Below the pieces are notes generated by a model. It was given only the letters and a program-made list of their open reading frames with translations, was not told the origin of the DNA and searched no databases. The position numbers were made by a program, and so were the translations under genes. A stretch of DNA of 61,542 bases, counting the filler, from Asterionella formosa (lineage: Eukaryota), in the NCBI GenBank assembly GCA_002256025.1. It is 10 parts of 10 records of this genome, joined end to end, with 100 filler letters (N's around TTAATTAATTAA, not from the genome) between each part and the next. Parts side by side here need not be neighbours in the genome. Positions count along the whole stretch, not along the records: positions 49,327 to 55,385 come from NKIB01012833.1; positions 55,486 to 61,542 come from NKIB01012834.1; 8 more parts are not named here. One strand, given 5' to 3'. Within the stretch, counting starts at the first letter, position 1, and every line of letters starts with the position of its first letter. Below, in pieces: positions 50,493-61,542 of the stretch.

Positions 50493-50988
50493 GTGCGGTG
50501 CAAGAAAAATGACAATGCTATGATTGTACAAGATGGACCATGCGATATTCTAGTGCGAAGTATAATTACAACCTCCTTCTGGTCGAAAATGAGCAACTAA
50601 AATAGAGCGTCTATTCTGCTTTCTTGCGTTCACTTTGGTGTACAGCATGCAGAAAATGGGTCTGCAAGTTTAAGCTACAGGCTTCCCATATCAATGCAAG
50701 ACTTTTTGGTCGTCGGGTAGTTGTGCTGCCTTTGCGAACAATATGCACACTTCAAGCAATGCTAGGACCGGGAGAAAGAATGAATCTGCAGTAAATATTA
50801 GCGCATTTTTCTGCTGGTCGTTGCGGTGCTTGGCCGTACTGTCTCCATGAAACTCTCACGGAGGACTGAGTACAACAATTGATACCCTGTCCATAACTAT
50901 CGATACATTCGTGGACAATCTGTAATGAAAGTGCAGACTATTAACTATTGTTTCGTAGCAAATAAATAGCAATAACGCATATGCACCA

Positions 50989-53841
50989 TTAATTTTCAAA
51001 GCTGTCAACTGATGCCTTTGGCCAGCGAGTCCATAGAATACGGGCAATCGTGGGAGCAAGATTCACTTCGACAATGTTTTGTTGGTGGCAAGTCAGTTTG
51101 TGAAACGGGGTCCATTTGACAGCATGCTTTTCGTTGCTTCCTTCTATTGTGGCAGGTGCCTCCACGTCGTACCGCCACCTTTTGAAGGATCTGGGGTAAT
51201 ATTTTTGATCGTCAGGATGCGCCTTTACCTGAAGCATTTCCTGTTCAGTGATTGCGCTGGTCTCGGATGCTTCTTCGTGCTCGTCCGAACTGACTACGTT
51301 ATTGGATGGCTTGTTTGTGCGTCGCTCCATAATGGAATCCAGCACAGATCTATTCGAACTTAGTTTTGGTTTCATGACAACGATCGGAGGAGACCATGCT
51401 TGTCGAGCGGTAATGACTCGTAGTCCTGATCTCCTTTTTGGAGCTCCAAACCATGCATTCCAGTGGACTAAATAGAATGAATTTCCTGCTTTGTCGACTT
51501 GAGATACGCTGCTATCGTCGCTTTTCGATCTGTCTAGCCAGATGACATTATAGCAGCTGTCTTCGCAAACAATCCAGACAGGTTGCTCTGGCCTGGCAAG
51601 TGAAGTACCGACCCTATCACTTGCATTGGACAAAATACCGAAACCAAGAGCACCAGTGGACCAACCATTCAATGTAGAATGAACAGTTCCAGTGAGCAGG
51701 AGGCTCAGCAATTCGATACTCATGCACCTAAAATTGATTGGACTGGAATCCAATTCAGGACTGTCATCTGCGGGAGCACTGGTATGTGCAGTGAAGCCGC
51801 GATGTTGATTGCAGTTACAAGTCACGAGTTTAATACCTTCCGTTGTGGGTAAGCCAGCGGAGCGCCGTGATTTCTTAATCATTCTAGAAATGGACCCAGA
51901 TCCGTGGATGGTGACAATCGTCTCAAGTAACAGAGCACATCCACCTCTGCCGGTGAAAGATCTCATGTTGCTGAGGACATAAGCTCGTAGGTCATCGACG
52001 CTTGTGTACGAGGTCCTCAGAAGGACACGGTGACCAGCATTCTTGCCACCTGGTACTGTGGGTTCGCCGGTACCATCCTCTTTCCAATGACATGTTGGAC
52101 AAAGTCGAAGTTTCCGACGAATCATTTGTTTCTTTCTACGATCGCCGTCGTCACTGCCGTTCTTAGGTAGGATTTCCTTCTCCAATATTCGTTTCTTCCT
52201 GTCTGTGGAACTCTTCAGAGCAATATGAAGAAGGGCAGTAAGTGCATCCACAAGCCTTGACTCGAACTCTTTAATTCTCTCGTTCTCCGACAGGAAAACG
52301 AAAGGCGTTCGAGAGGAGGTGCAATCTACAACGTTCCCTTGAACCGATGTCCCGGTGTACATCATTGCAGTCACGATGGATGGCAAAGCTGTTATCCCAC
52401 GACAATGAAAGGTCGGAATATTTTCATTTCCGGTCCCGGTTCTCTGGCTATTCCGCTGTTGTTCCAGGGAGAAATCGTCATCGGGGGGCTCTTTAGTTTT
52501 TAGGCCGGTACCACATTTTGCCATGTAAAAGCCTGTGTTCAGCCACGTCATGTGGATACCCACCTTTGCACGCCCTTGATGTCCGTTTTCGTCCTCATCT
52601 TCTTCCTCTGGGTTTATAAAATGATCTGCAGCACTTTCAGAAACTACTCCCGCATTATCGGAAATTCCCCAAAGAATCTCTGTTGGTGGCCTCATATTCT
52701 GCGAGGATACTAACTCATCATTTAGCAACCAATCACCATCACTTAAACCATCTTCGTCGTCGCCTTCTTCCCCATTCACGCTGCTAATGTCTGACTTGAA
52801 TTGTTGTCTACCAGTTGTATCAGTATCATTGCCAGCCATCTCCATAATCGGAACAGTATCCCCAGTGATTGTTCGTACCGCTTGCTGATGGAAGTTTCGA
52901 CGCCCGGCCATTCTCCAGATTCCTGCTGCACCTGCTTCGTCATCAGACACAGATACACTACCAGCGACATTATGAGCAGCTTCAGGCTCGTCACCGGGAA
53001 TTGCTCGCTCTCGAACTCCCACCTCATCAATATCAGGCACTGCATCGTGGCCATCATGATTGTTCAGTTCATCGGCATCTATCATTGGTCCACCTATCTC
53101 GTCAGCCTGGCGCAATGGGTCGTCTGGCTCGAACACGTCGTCAAATCTCACTCTACGATCTGCATCATTCCCGTCGGTTTCAAGATCGCCTCCCGGAAGT
53201 TGCTGGTTGTTTGCTTTCTGATTAGCGGTACTGTCATTTCCTTCTTCGTCGCTGTCACCTTGTTGCGAACTTCGCCTCTTCGAAGCTCTGCGTTCATCTT
53301 GTCCCATGCTGCTGGCGTTTGAAGTATTGGCGAAATATTCATCCCAGTAGAAGCCAGCTGCAAGATCCAAATCCCCGGAGCTAGCTTCCAACAGACGACG
53401 AGCGTGCACTATCGATAAAGTGGCATGCGAAGGATCCGTGTCGTCAAAGTAGTGCCTCACACGTCGGATAAGCAACTCTTCGACTGCGCTAGTATCTTCG
53501 TCGTCCTCGTTAGTCTCGTTTTCGTTCGGTGCGGAAGCAGCAGGTGCGGGTGACACAGTATCGTTGCTGTCCGAGCGGTGCCTATCAAGGAGACGCACCG
53601 CCTGACTTCTGACACTTTCCCCAGACGAGCCAGGTGAACTCCACTTTAAAGTTCTTGCCTTCTTGTTTCCTTTCATGCTCCATGACGGTTCCAGGTTGTC
53701 TTCCTGTTCGTCCTTGTTGCCATCAGTTAGACGGTTCGACTCGATTCCAAATGCTTCCATGGCACAATGAAATGCGGCCGTTGCTTCTCTTTCCAATTCG
53801 CCAGTTTCCTTTGGCTTTCCTTTTCCTTTCTTTTTGCTCAT
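50989..53841 (-). CDS. UBA-like plus MINDY3/4-family (DUF4205) deubiquitinase-like protein, probably inactive
   Basis: UBA-like ARRLLEASSGDLDLAAGFYW. MINDY-like blocks FHCRGI, GGCALLLETIV, CMSIELLSLLLTG, VGTSLARPEQPVWIVCEDSCYNVIW, and C-terminal ILWTRWPKASV. Confidence 0.65.
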   Translation of the reverse strand: MSKKKGKGKPKETGELEREATAAFHCAMEAFGIESNRLTDGNKDEQEDNLEPSWSMKGNKKARTLKWSSPGSSGESVRSQAVRLLDRHRSDSNDTVSPAPAASAPNENETNEDDEDTSAVEELLIRRVRHYFDDTDPSHATLSIVHARRLLEASSGDLDLAAGFYWDEYFANTSNASSMGQDERRASKRRSSQQGDSDEEGNDSTANQKANNQQLPGGDLETDGNDADRRVRFDDVFEPDDPLRQADEIGGPMIDADELNNHDGHDAVPDIDEVGVRERAIPGDEPEAAHNVAGSVSVSDDEAGAAGIWRMAGRRNFHQQAVRTITGDTVPIMEMAGNDTDTTGRQQFKSDISSVNGEEGDDEDGLSDGDWLLNDELVSSQNMRPPTEILWGISDNAGVVSESAADHFINPEEEDEDENGHQGRAKVGIHMTWLNTGFYMAKCGTGLKTKEPPDDDFSLEQQRNSQRTGTGNENIPTFHCRGITALPSIVTAMMYTGTSVQGNVVDCTSSRTPFVFLSENERIKEFESRLVDALTALLHIALKSSTDRKKRILEKEILPKNGSDDGDRRKKQMIRRKLRLCPTCHWKEDGTGEPTVPGGKNAGHRVLLRTSYTSVDDLRAYVLSNMRSFTGRGGCALLLETIVTIHGSGSISRMIKKSRRSAGLPTTEGIKLVTCNCNQHRGFTAHTSAPADDSPELDSSPINFRCMSIELLSLLLTGTVHSTLNGWSTGALGFGILSNASDRVGTSLARPEQPVWIVCEDSCYNVIWLDRSKSDDSSVSQVDKAGNSFYLVHWNAWFGAPKRRSGLRVITARQAWSPPIVVMKPKLSSNRSVLDSIMERRTNKPSNNVVSSDEHEEASETSAITEQEMLQVKAHPDDQKYYPRSFKRWRYDVEAPATIEGSNEKHAVKWTPFHKLTCHQQNIVEVNLAPTIARILWTRWPKASVDSFEN

Positions 53842-54796
53842 GGTCGATGCGCTGCTAAAGACTACCAGGTACCGGAATCGTACTGATTAGATGTAAGTCC
53901 ACCGGATAATAATAAAAGCTTTCATTCCTGCGATTTCTCATGTTATGCATCTCCCAACTGTTACATGTATACGGACAGCATGCATGGTATGTGGGATGCT
54001 GACGGGTACCTGGTAGAACCTACCTCTACCTGGTAATTTTGGATGATGATTCCGGTCAGCTATTCCCGCTCCAGCCTATATTGTCTTGCCATTCAGGTAA
54101 TAATTCTAAGTAATTTTTAGGCTATAAGTAATTTGTATTTAGGGGCAATATCGGGCACATCGGATTATTCGGCAATATGGCTGGGTGCACGAAGACTTAA
54201 GTTTGGGTAGCCATAGTCCAGCTGGTATGTTATTTTTTAGCTTTCTTCTGTTGGATGCAGACTCTATCAAGTCATTATACTTGCTTCGTTCCCACCAACA
54301 ATGGTGGTGAATGTCTCTCTCCAGATCTACTACAAACATATGCATCTTTTTGATAAGTGTTTAATAAAGCAAACCGGCCAGCTTGTAGTTCCAATTTATA
54401 TTTAGCTTTAATCTGGTTTAATCTAAAATATTGAGACCACTCAGCTTTGCTTATTCTGCCATTTGCATCCATTGGTTTTGGTTAACGTTGGAACATTTTG
54501 CCTATAGTAGGAGCATTCTTGCTTAAGGTTGCGGCCCTCGGCTTAACCCTAGTTTGGATAAAACATCGCTAGGGTTGTAAAAAGGCATGGAACAGGGAGT
54601 TTGCTGCTATGAGTTCCCATGATTCGAGTGTCCATTTGAATATTTGAATTAAATAGGACTCGGCACCAGATAGACAGAGTTCCATTTTAAACAAACAAAA
54701 ATGATATTTAAACGTTTATACTATACCTACGTTGCTGAATGTAGACATAATTTTGTTGAACGCCATAACACATATATAAATCAGGAGTATGCCTAA

Positions 54797-55190
54797 GGCC
54801 GTTGCTAATGGTGGACCAAAACGCAAACCAAACAGTGTTTTGGTTTCAGTAACCCTAAAAAACGATGCCATCAGGAGTGAAAAACCCAACGCAAACGCAT
54901 TACGTTTAGGGGATTCCGTGCCCATATCCCAATAAAATACCCAAACGCATTACGTTTAGGTTTTTTTTTCCCAAAGTTACCTAAACGTAGGATTCCATGT
55001 TGACTACTTTGAATGTAGTCACTAGAAACCCAATTATTATCGTCGTAGAATCACTACATATAGGACGGAGCATACCGGTATATATCATATCTATATATAC
55101 AACAATAGCTATACGGTAGTACCGGTACTCTGGTACCAGGTACCAGGGTACCATACCACACTGGCGAGAACAACAACAACAACAACAACA
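54797..55190 (+). mobile_element. Second copy of the left end of the 6510 Harbinger family
   Basis: About 390 nt colinear with 6510-6900. Similarity starts exactly at GGCC after a TAA target trinucleotide. Confidence 0.88.
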
Positions 55191-56585
55191 AATCGAAGTC
55201 GATTCATTATGCGGAACACATAAATCAATCTTCTGTCACCACAACTTCATCCTCGTCGTCCTCTTCAACTGAGGCTGCTGGTGGCAGTATCGCTCCGGCA
55301 ACTGGGACTGGTGCATCGCCACATCCCATTGTATCAATATATCTGGTAAGTAAGCAGTAGATGATCGCATCGCCAATTCGTTTGTNNNNNNNNNNNNNNN
55401 NNNNNNNNNNNNNNNNNNNNNNNNNNNNNTTAATTAATTAANNNNNNNNNNNNNNNNNNNNNNNNNNNNNNNNNNNNNNNNNNNNACCTTGGGTCTTTTG
55501 ACGTTGCACTCAGACATACTAACAAATAGCTATACTGTATGGTACCACCAGGTACTCCTGGCTGGTAGGTACCAGGTCATCGTTACAAGTGTGAGACTGT
55601 AGGTTTGCCCTACCAGTATTTCCGTCTTTCCCTTCCTGTTACAATAGGAATTATTTCGTTTGTACTGAGAAACTGTACTCATTTCTACGTGCATACTGTG
55701 GAACTGTAAGTTTGCACTACCAGCATTGCTTCCCATATTCCCCTTATTACAATAGAATATGGCGTTCGTACTGTGAATATATTAAGAGTAAACACTGGCT
55801 GTGTCCTCTCCTTCTTGTCACACCGATATTTGTTCCCCTAAGCGTTTTGACGCTTCTCATTTTTCCAAGAGCTACCAGTAGTGCCCTACGACATAAATTT
55901 CATAGAATGACATCCGTTTGTGCACAGCTGCTCAAATCATGAGAAAATGAAAGACCAAAATATGCTTTCAGGAATCAGGATTAATTTATCTTAAAAATTT
56001 GCTCAAATGATCCTATACACATGAGGATATTCAGTTTTTTGCTGCACTATTGTTATACCACTGACTTGCAGGTACAAGAATTGACACAAAACAAATTGAA
56101 AAAATTCAACAGTTCGTGGAAAACTATGAACTCATCATGCATTGTATATATTTGAATTGTGTATAATCAAAATTGATGTTAGTATACACAGGATACACAG
56201 GATGTGCCACATAATGATCGTGTTTAAAACTATGCAAATGTTCAACTGTATATACATTTAAACTTACAAATCTTTCTATTTATGTATTCATGGCTGAATT
56301 ATTTGAAATCATGTTTTCATGTTCCTTGTCGCGCGTACACTCTGCTCCTGAAATGAAGGATCATCACACATCATGACGCGGAAAACGAAAGTGATAATAC
56401 AACACAATGATGAGTGACTACTGAGAAGAGCGGCGTCAATTGATGGTAATTCAAGAGCAAATGCCTTTCATATTCTTGTCATGCATAGTAAACTTCCTGA
56501 AATGAAGGATCTCAAGCAACAAATCCTGCGAAAAACTGAAGTGACAATACAACAAAATGATACACCGCCCATGCGGCTAAGAAGG

Positions 56586-57219
56586 AGTGAATATGATGGA
56601 GAAGGGCGGAATCAACAAGCTGTGCGTAGTATCACAGCCTGTCAAGAGCAAATGCCAGGATGATCAATTGTTGGGATTACAAATACGGAATGACTTGTCC
56701 CCGTTCAGTGATTCAAATGAGCTCCTTTTCGATTTGGTGGCTGGCCAACAATCACTGTGAAAAAAAGAAATCGGTAAGTGCTAATTGTTCTGTTGTGACT
56801 GAATATTTTATGAACTGAATCATCGCTGTCTTCATGAAATGGGGATGATTATTGCCACTTGATTCAAGGATAGGACACATAATCTCTTCTTGTTGTCTAT
56901 AAAGAGTGAATATGATGGAGAAGGGCGGAATCAACAAGCTGTGCGTAGTATCACACAGCCTGTCAAGAGCAAATGCCAGGATGATCAATTGTTGGGATTA
57001 CAAATACGGAATGACTTGTCCCCGTTCAGTGATTCAATAGCTCCTTTTCGATTTGGTGGCTGGCCATCAATCACTGTGAAAAAAAGAAATCGATAAGTGC
57101 TAATTGTTCTGTTGTGACTGAATATTTTATGAACTGAATCGTCGCTGTCTTCATGAAATGGGGATGATTATTGCCACTTGTGATTCAAGGATAGGACACA
57201 TAATCTCTTCTTGTTGTCT
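56586..57219 (+). repeat. About 318-bp near-identical tandem duplication
   Basis: GAGTGAATATGATGGAGAAGGGCGG...CTCTTCTTGTTGTCTA at 56586-56899 and 56904-57219, differing by a few small indels and substitutions. Confidence 0.92.
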
Positions 57220-57999
57220 ACTCTCCCTAAATGCTGCAGCAATTACACTGAGATTAACGTCTTTCCTTGAATGATTCGATGCACTACTGCAATACATAGT
57301 TTCATTATGTATTCCAGGAACTCGATGTTCTTGCATGCAATGTCGACAGTGACCATATGCATAAAAGACACGGTTGCTACAATTTCGATTGTGAGACTCA
57401 GATGGGGATTTGTTCTTCCGACATTTGTAGTAACACAGATAACACCATTGCAATGCCCGCAAAGACATTGCAAATTTCAAATGATGACAAAGTCAAAAAT
57501 ATGAAAATGATAGAATGAAAATGAATTAAATTAATATATAAAAATGATGACCAAGTTTGGCATCACTCCGAACATGCTGTACTGGACACTACAGAGTTGT
57601 GAAATTATTGATCCACCATAGTAGTAAAAATTGAGGTATACCGCTACATATTGTACAGGCGGCACTACTAGTATAGAGCAGCATCAATGTTTTCCTAACA
57701 TCTATGATATGTTTTGTGCATTGTAGAAGTCTCACACTAACTATATTTATTATGTAACTACTAAGCATGAATTGGATTCTATAAGATCCATTTAAAATCA
57801 ACGTCGTCATCAATGTCCCGTTGATTAATGCGGTCATTGTAATCAATATTCTTCTCAGGAACATTTGGTTGAAGTGCTTCAACATATTGATGCATATCCT
57901 GTTCACTTACGTTGAGAAATGAGAAGTTTGAGTGTGGGTAGATGATATTTGTTGTGGAAGTAGCAATTCCACTAGGATTCCTTCCATATACAGATCAAT

Positions 58000-60850
58000 T
58001 ATTTTGTGAAAGTCCAGTGTAGATTTCCTTATAATAACCGAGTAAATCATTCATCAGTCCATTGATCAGTGAGACCATTTGAAACTGAGCTTTCTACCCT
58101 TACACTTTTTTGATAAGTGGGTGGTTTTCCACCAATGTCGAAAATCAGTAGAATGACAAATATCGTTGCTTCTCTGAAATTTCCTGCGTATCTGGATTGA
58201 AACCCAAATATTTTTGTTGCAATCGGTATTTTCCTTTCAGCAGCAAGAAGCAAAATGCTTCTGTACTGGCATTGATCAGCGAACCAACAAAACGTGATTG
58301 CAATTCACACTGTGCCCAAAGACTGAGTTGAAATTTGGTCACACCAGATTTGTCTCCTGTTAAAAATGGATCTCCACGGTTTGTCCTGCCAATAAAATAC
58401 ATTGGAGCAAGAACATCACGCAAGACTTGGTATCCTTGGCCTGGCTTCCCCTGTTAATGTCCTTTGACTGCGCAAAACGATGAAGCGTGAACGCCCATCT
58501 AATAAAGTAATCAATATCCATAGTCTGGATGATATTCTGTTACACCACCATCATGAATTATGTTAGCATTTTCTTATTGAAATAAATTTGATAAGAATAT
58601 AATCCCCGACTCAAAACATCATGCTTTCGAAGCATCTCCCTGCAACTTACCTAAGATTTTCTTTTAATTGATTGTTCAGTACATTCTGACATTAATTGAT
58701 TGTTCAATACATTCTGACATTCTATCTCTCAACTTTTTTATGCACATGCCACCAAATGTTGATTTGATGTTTTCTAAACATGCCATGTTGATACGTTCAA
58801 TGGTCGGATCCATTGGTAGTAACGCATCAGAACCATTCCATATGAAATCGGCAAGGTCTGGGTCACTCTCCACTTCTTTGCCTAACTCAGGTTTCACAGG
58901 TAGTCGTCTCTTATTTCCCTAATAATCTGTTGTAAGGTCATGACGTAGAAACGATTGTCGAAGAAAACCTGATTGATGATTGAACAAATCATTTTGGTTA
59001 TGTCAGGACAGACCGACCTTCCATGTAGAATAAACGGTGTAACCTGAGATACATTTTTTAGTAATTAAAGTTTACAACTTTATTTCCCCAGATTTGCCTT
59101 CGATGTGAAACACGAACAATAAGGAGGAATTATGAAATCTGATTAGAATAATTGAATTTTTTTTGTTAGGGTCGATTTTTTTGGTGCATCCAGTACTTAG
59201 ATACGGGCAAGGTGAAATACTTGATCATGACGAGTTTTCACAAAAGTAGCTACCTTCTCGATTGTTCTCGATGATTTAACAAAGAAATTCATGATTTTTT
59301 ACAAAGAAATCCTAATCTTTTTCTTCCATATATAATTTGGAAAAAGATTCAATTTTGTGCTTCAAACTTCGTACCCGACTCAGTGCAAGGTATGATGGTA
59401 ACCGAGTGTACCAATAGTAATTGTTGAACAGAGCACAGTGTTATATGGATGATCTGCCAGCGTAGTGTTTACACAATACATATCCCGGCATCAATACAGC
59501 TATCACAAGGAAAAACGACACAACGACGAACGTGATGGCCTTCTTTATAATCATAAGTGTAAAAGTAGCAACCGGTATGTTAATTGTCCATCGCAACGGC
59601 ACTTGTAAGAGCATTTATATACGATCTCTCATTTCCCTTTTTTAGCGACACTTCATCATATGCTTCTTGTCATTTCTCACCACACCTGTTATACAATCAT
59701 GCCTCCAAAACCTGTGACTACTACAAAACCAGTGCGAGATACGGCAGTTGCAAGGAGAGTGCCGGATTTGGCTCAAACAAAGCGATTGATAGCTGATTTT
59801 GGAACCTTTCCTACCAGTTATTTTAATAAAAGGTAAAAGCAGTATGTTAATTACAATCAAGGTTTGTTGGTTCGGTTATTAATGCTTCGACAGAAGCATT
59901 TTGTTTCCTTGTATTAAAAGGGAAATTCCGATTACAAACTGGATGGATTAATTATAATCCTTCCTCTTATTTACCTCAAGACCCCCAATTGAGACCACAG
60001 AAGGGGTGCATCCTTACTGTTTGATACATGCCCAATCTTAGTAGGGACACCTGCTATCGTCCATAGACCATTTGATGATGAAGCAGAGAATTGAACTTTA
60101 ACAGGAAGGGATGGTGAATGGATCTTGGTAGGCGATATTCCCAAATTATCAGGTGACGTACAAGGCAACATCCTTGTATCCGGAATCATTCCTTCGAAGT
60201 CAATTTCTGTTGAAATCATATGTACTACTTTACTCATCTTCTTTTGTTTGTTTTCTTGCAAAGGTAAAACTGCCTTGTTTCATATGACCTTGTTAAAATG
60301 TCATGCTTTAATCGATGTAATTGTCCATTGACACGCTTACTGGGTCGCTCGTTTCAATTTGTCTTTCAAAAAAGACTCCAAATAGGCTATCTCAGAACGA
60401 ACTTCCTAATCAGATAAGGGTAATCTTTCATTCCATGAAATGGGAGTTCCGGGAAAGTCCGAATATTGCGAATATTTGTCCGAAGATTGAGACCGGGTAC
60501 GGTATATACCGGTAATCAAACAATATACTGGTAACTGAACATAGTGTACATGGTATAAATACAGTAGATAGGAGTATACCCGAAGTTAATTTTGTTTTAT
60601 GATATTGTGTACATGTATTATGCCTTGTATCGGTACCTGGTACCAGGTACGAGGGAGGTACGGGAAACTCCGTACTTCCTCGCTACGTGGAAAATTCCTT
60701 ATGATCGTTGATACATGCCTGTTTGAGCCAGTAAATTGGCGACCCGCTGATTTCACGCGTCTGCAAATAAAATATATATCGTACTTATAAGATCAGGGGT
60801 ATCATATGATAACTGGCACAGAATTTTTCTGTGCATGATACATATTTTGT
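58000..60850 (-). mobile_element. Fragmented CACTA/Plavaka-like transposon remnants, partly homologous to 39300-40100
   Basis: 59990-60440 and 60760-60850 are reverse-complement matches to about 39580-40100 and 39340-39425. 59850-59940 (+) is an inverted homolog of 58215-58310. Confidence 0.5.
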
Positions 60851-61542
60851 TAAATGTATGATAAATGCATACTATGAAAGTGAACAGGCTAAGGCTTACT
60901 CATAATTATCAAACCACCATATAATTATCAAAACATTATCCTTTGATGTACTATATTCTTTATACCTATCCTGCCTTATATGATGGTAACTCTAATCGAA
61001 ATAGCTGTTAAAATAGGTTGAAATGGATTGTAATTTTACTGTTATATCACGAAATCATTTTTATGTTTCTACATTTTGTGCGGTTAAACAGCCAATGTTC
61101 GTCCCCTATTCTATTGTCTCAATGCTCTGCTTGAGGATGCCTGCCTCTCCCCCGCTTCCCTTCAATGCTCATGAGGATGCATGCCTCCTGCCTTCAAATC
61201 TCTTGATGCATGCCTCCCGCCTCCCTTCCACTCAGATTCTGAAACTCATCTGACTGCATGCTGCAAATCCCATGTCCTTCTGATCCGATTCTATTTTATC
61301 TATTTTGATTTCCTAATCATAACAACAATGAGAAGGAATTACTTGCTTGTTAGCCATGTTTTGTTTATATCTCAACACTGCAGTCCCATTTTAGCATGCT
61401 CCACATACCAGAAATCAATGAACTCTTCGCATAATTCAGTAAAATAATGTGTCAGTCAACAATGATCACATAAGAACAAATCAATAAACTGTTCCACCAA
61501 TGTCATCTATAACTTACAACAAAAATCTTTGATTAAAATTAT

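Noticed and set aside
23157..53841. Ubiquitin-proteasome gene cluster (RING E3, beta5 fusion, MINDY-like)
   Set aside because: The three genes lie on three unlinked contigs.

Overview
Eukaryotic nuclear DNA, most likely from a diatom (inferred from short GT-AG introns, CoDi-type Copia elements and diatom-type Harbinger transposases). It is not one locus: ten contigs of about 6.06 kb, sorted by decreasing length (6070 down to 6057 nt), are joined by 100-nt N-TTAATTAATTAA-N spacers, so adjacency across gaps carries no meaning. Host genes: a secreted PhyH-like Fe(II)/2OG dioxygenase, a three-exon shugoshin-like gene, a TM RING-H2 E3 ligase, a conserved-looking membrane/coiled-coil protein, RNA polymerase III subunit RPC17/C17 and a UBA + MINDY3/4-like probable pseudo-deubiquitinase. 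The rest is mostly decayed transposons (Copia, PIF/Harbinger, CACTA/Plavaka-like, IS630/Tc1-like). The standout is one uninterrupted 1215-codon ORF (30842-34489), inside a single contig. It fuses an XRN1-type 5'-3' exoribonuclease to a complete proteasome beta5 subunit that keeps its HG|TTT autocleavage site and catalytic residues. The linker between them resembles an organelle-targeting presequence. Other notable signals are a PDZ-like module inside a Copia pol, telomeric repeats joining two broken retroelements, and TACCGGTA/GGTACC clusters upstream of most genes. All family calls come from motif recognition by eye; no searches were run.
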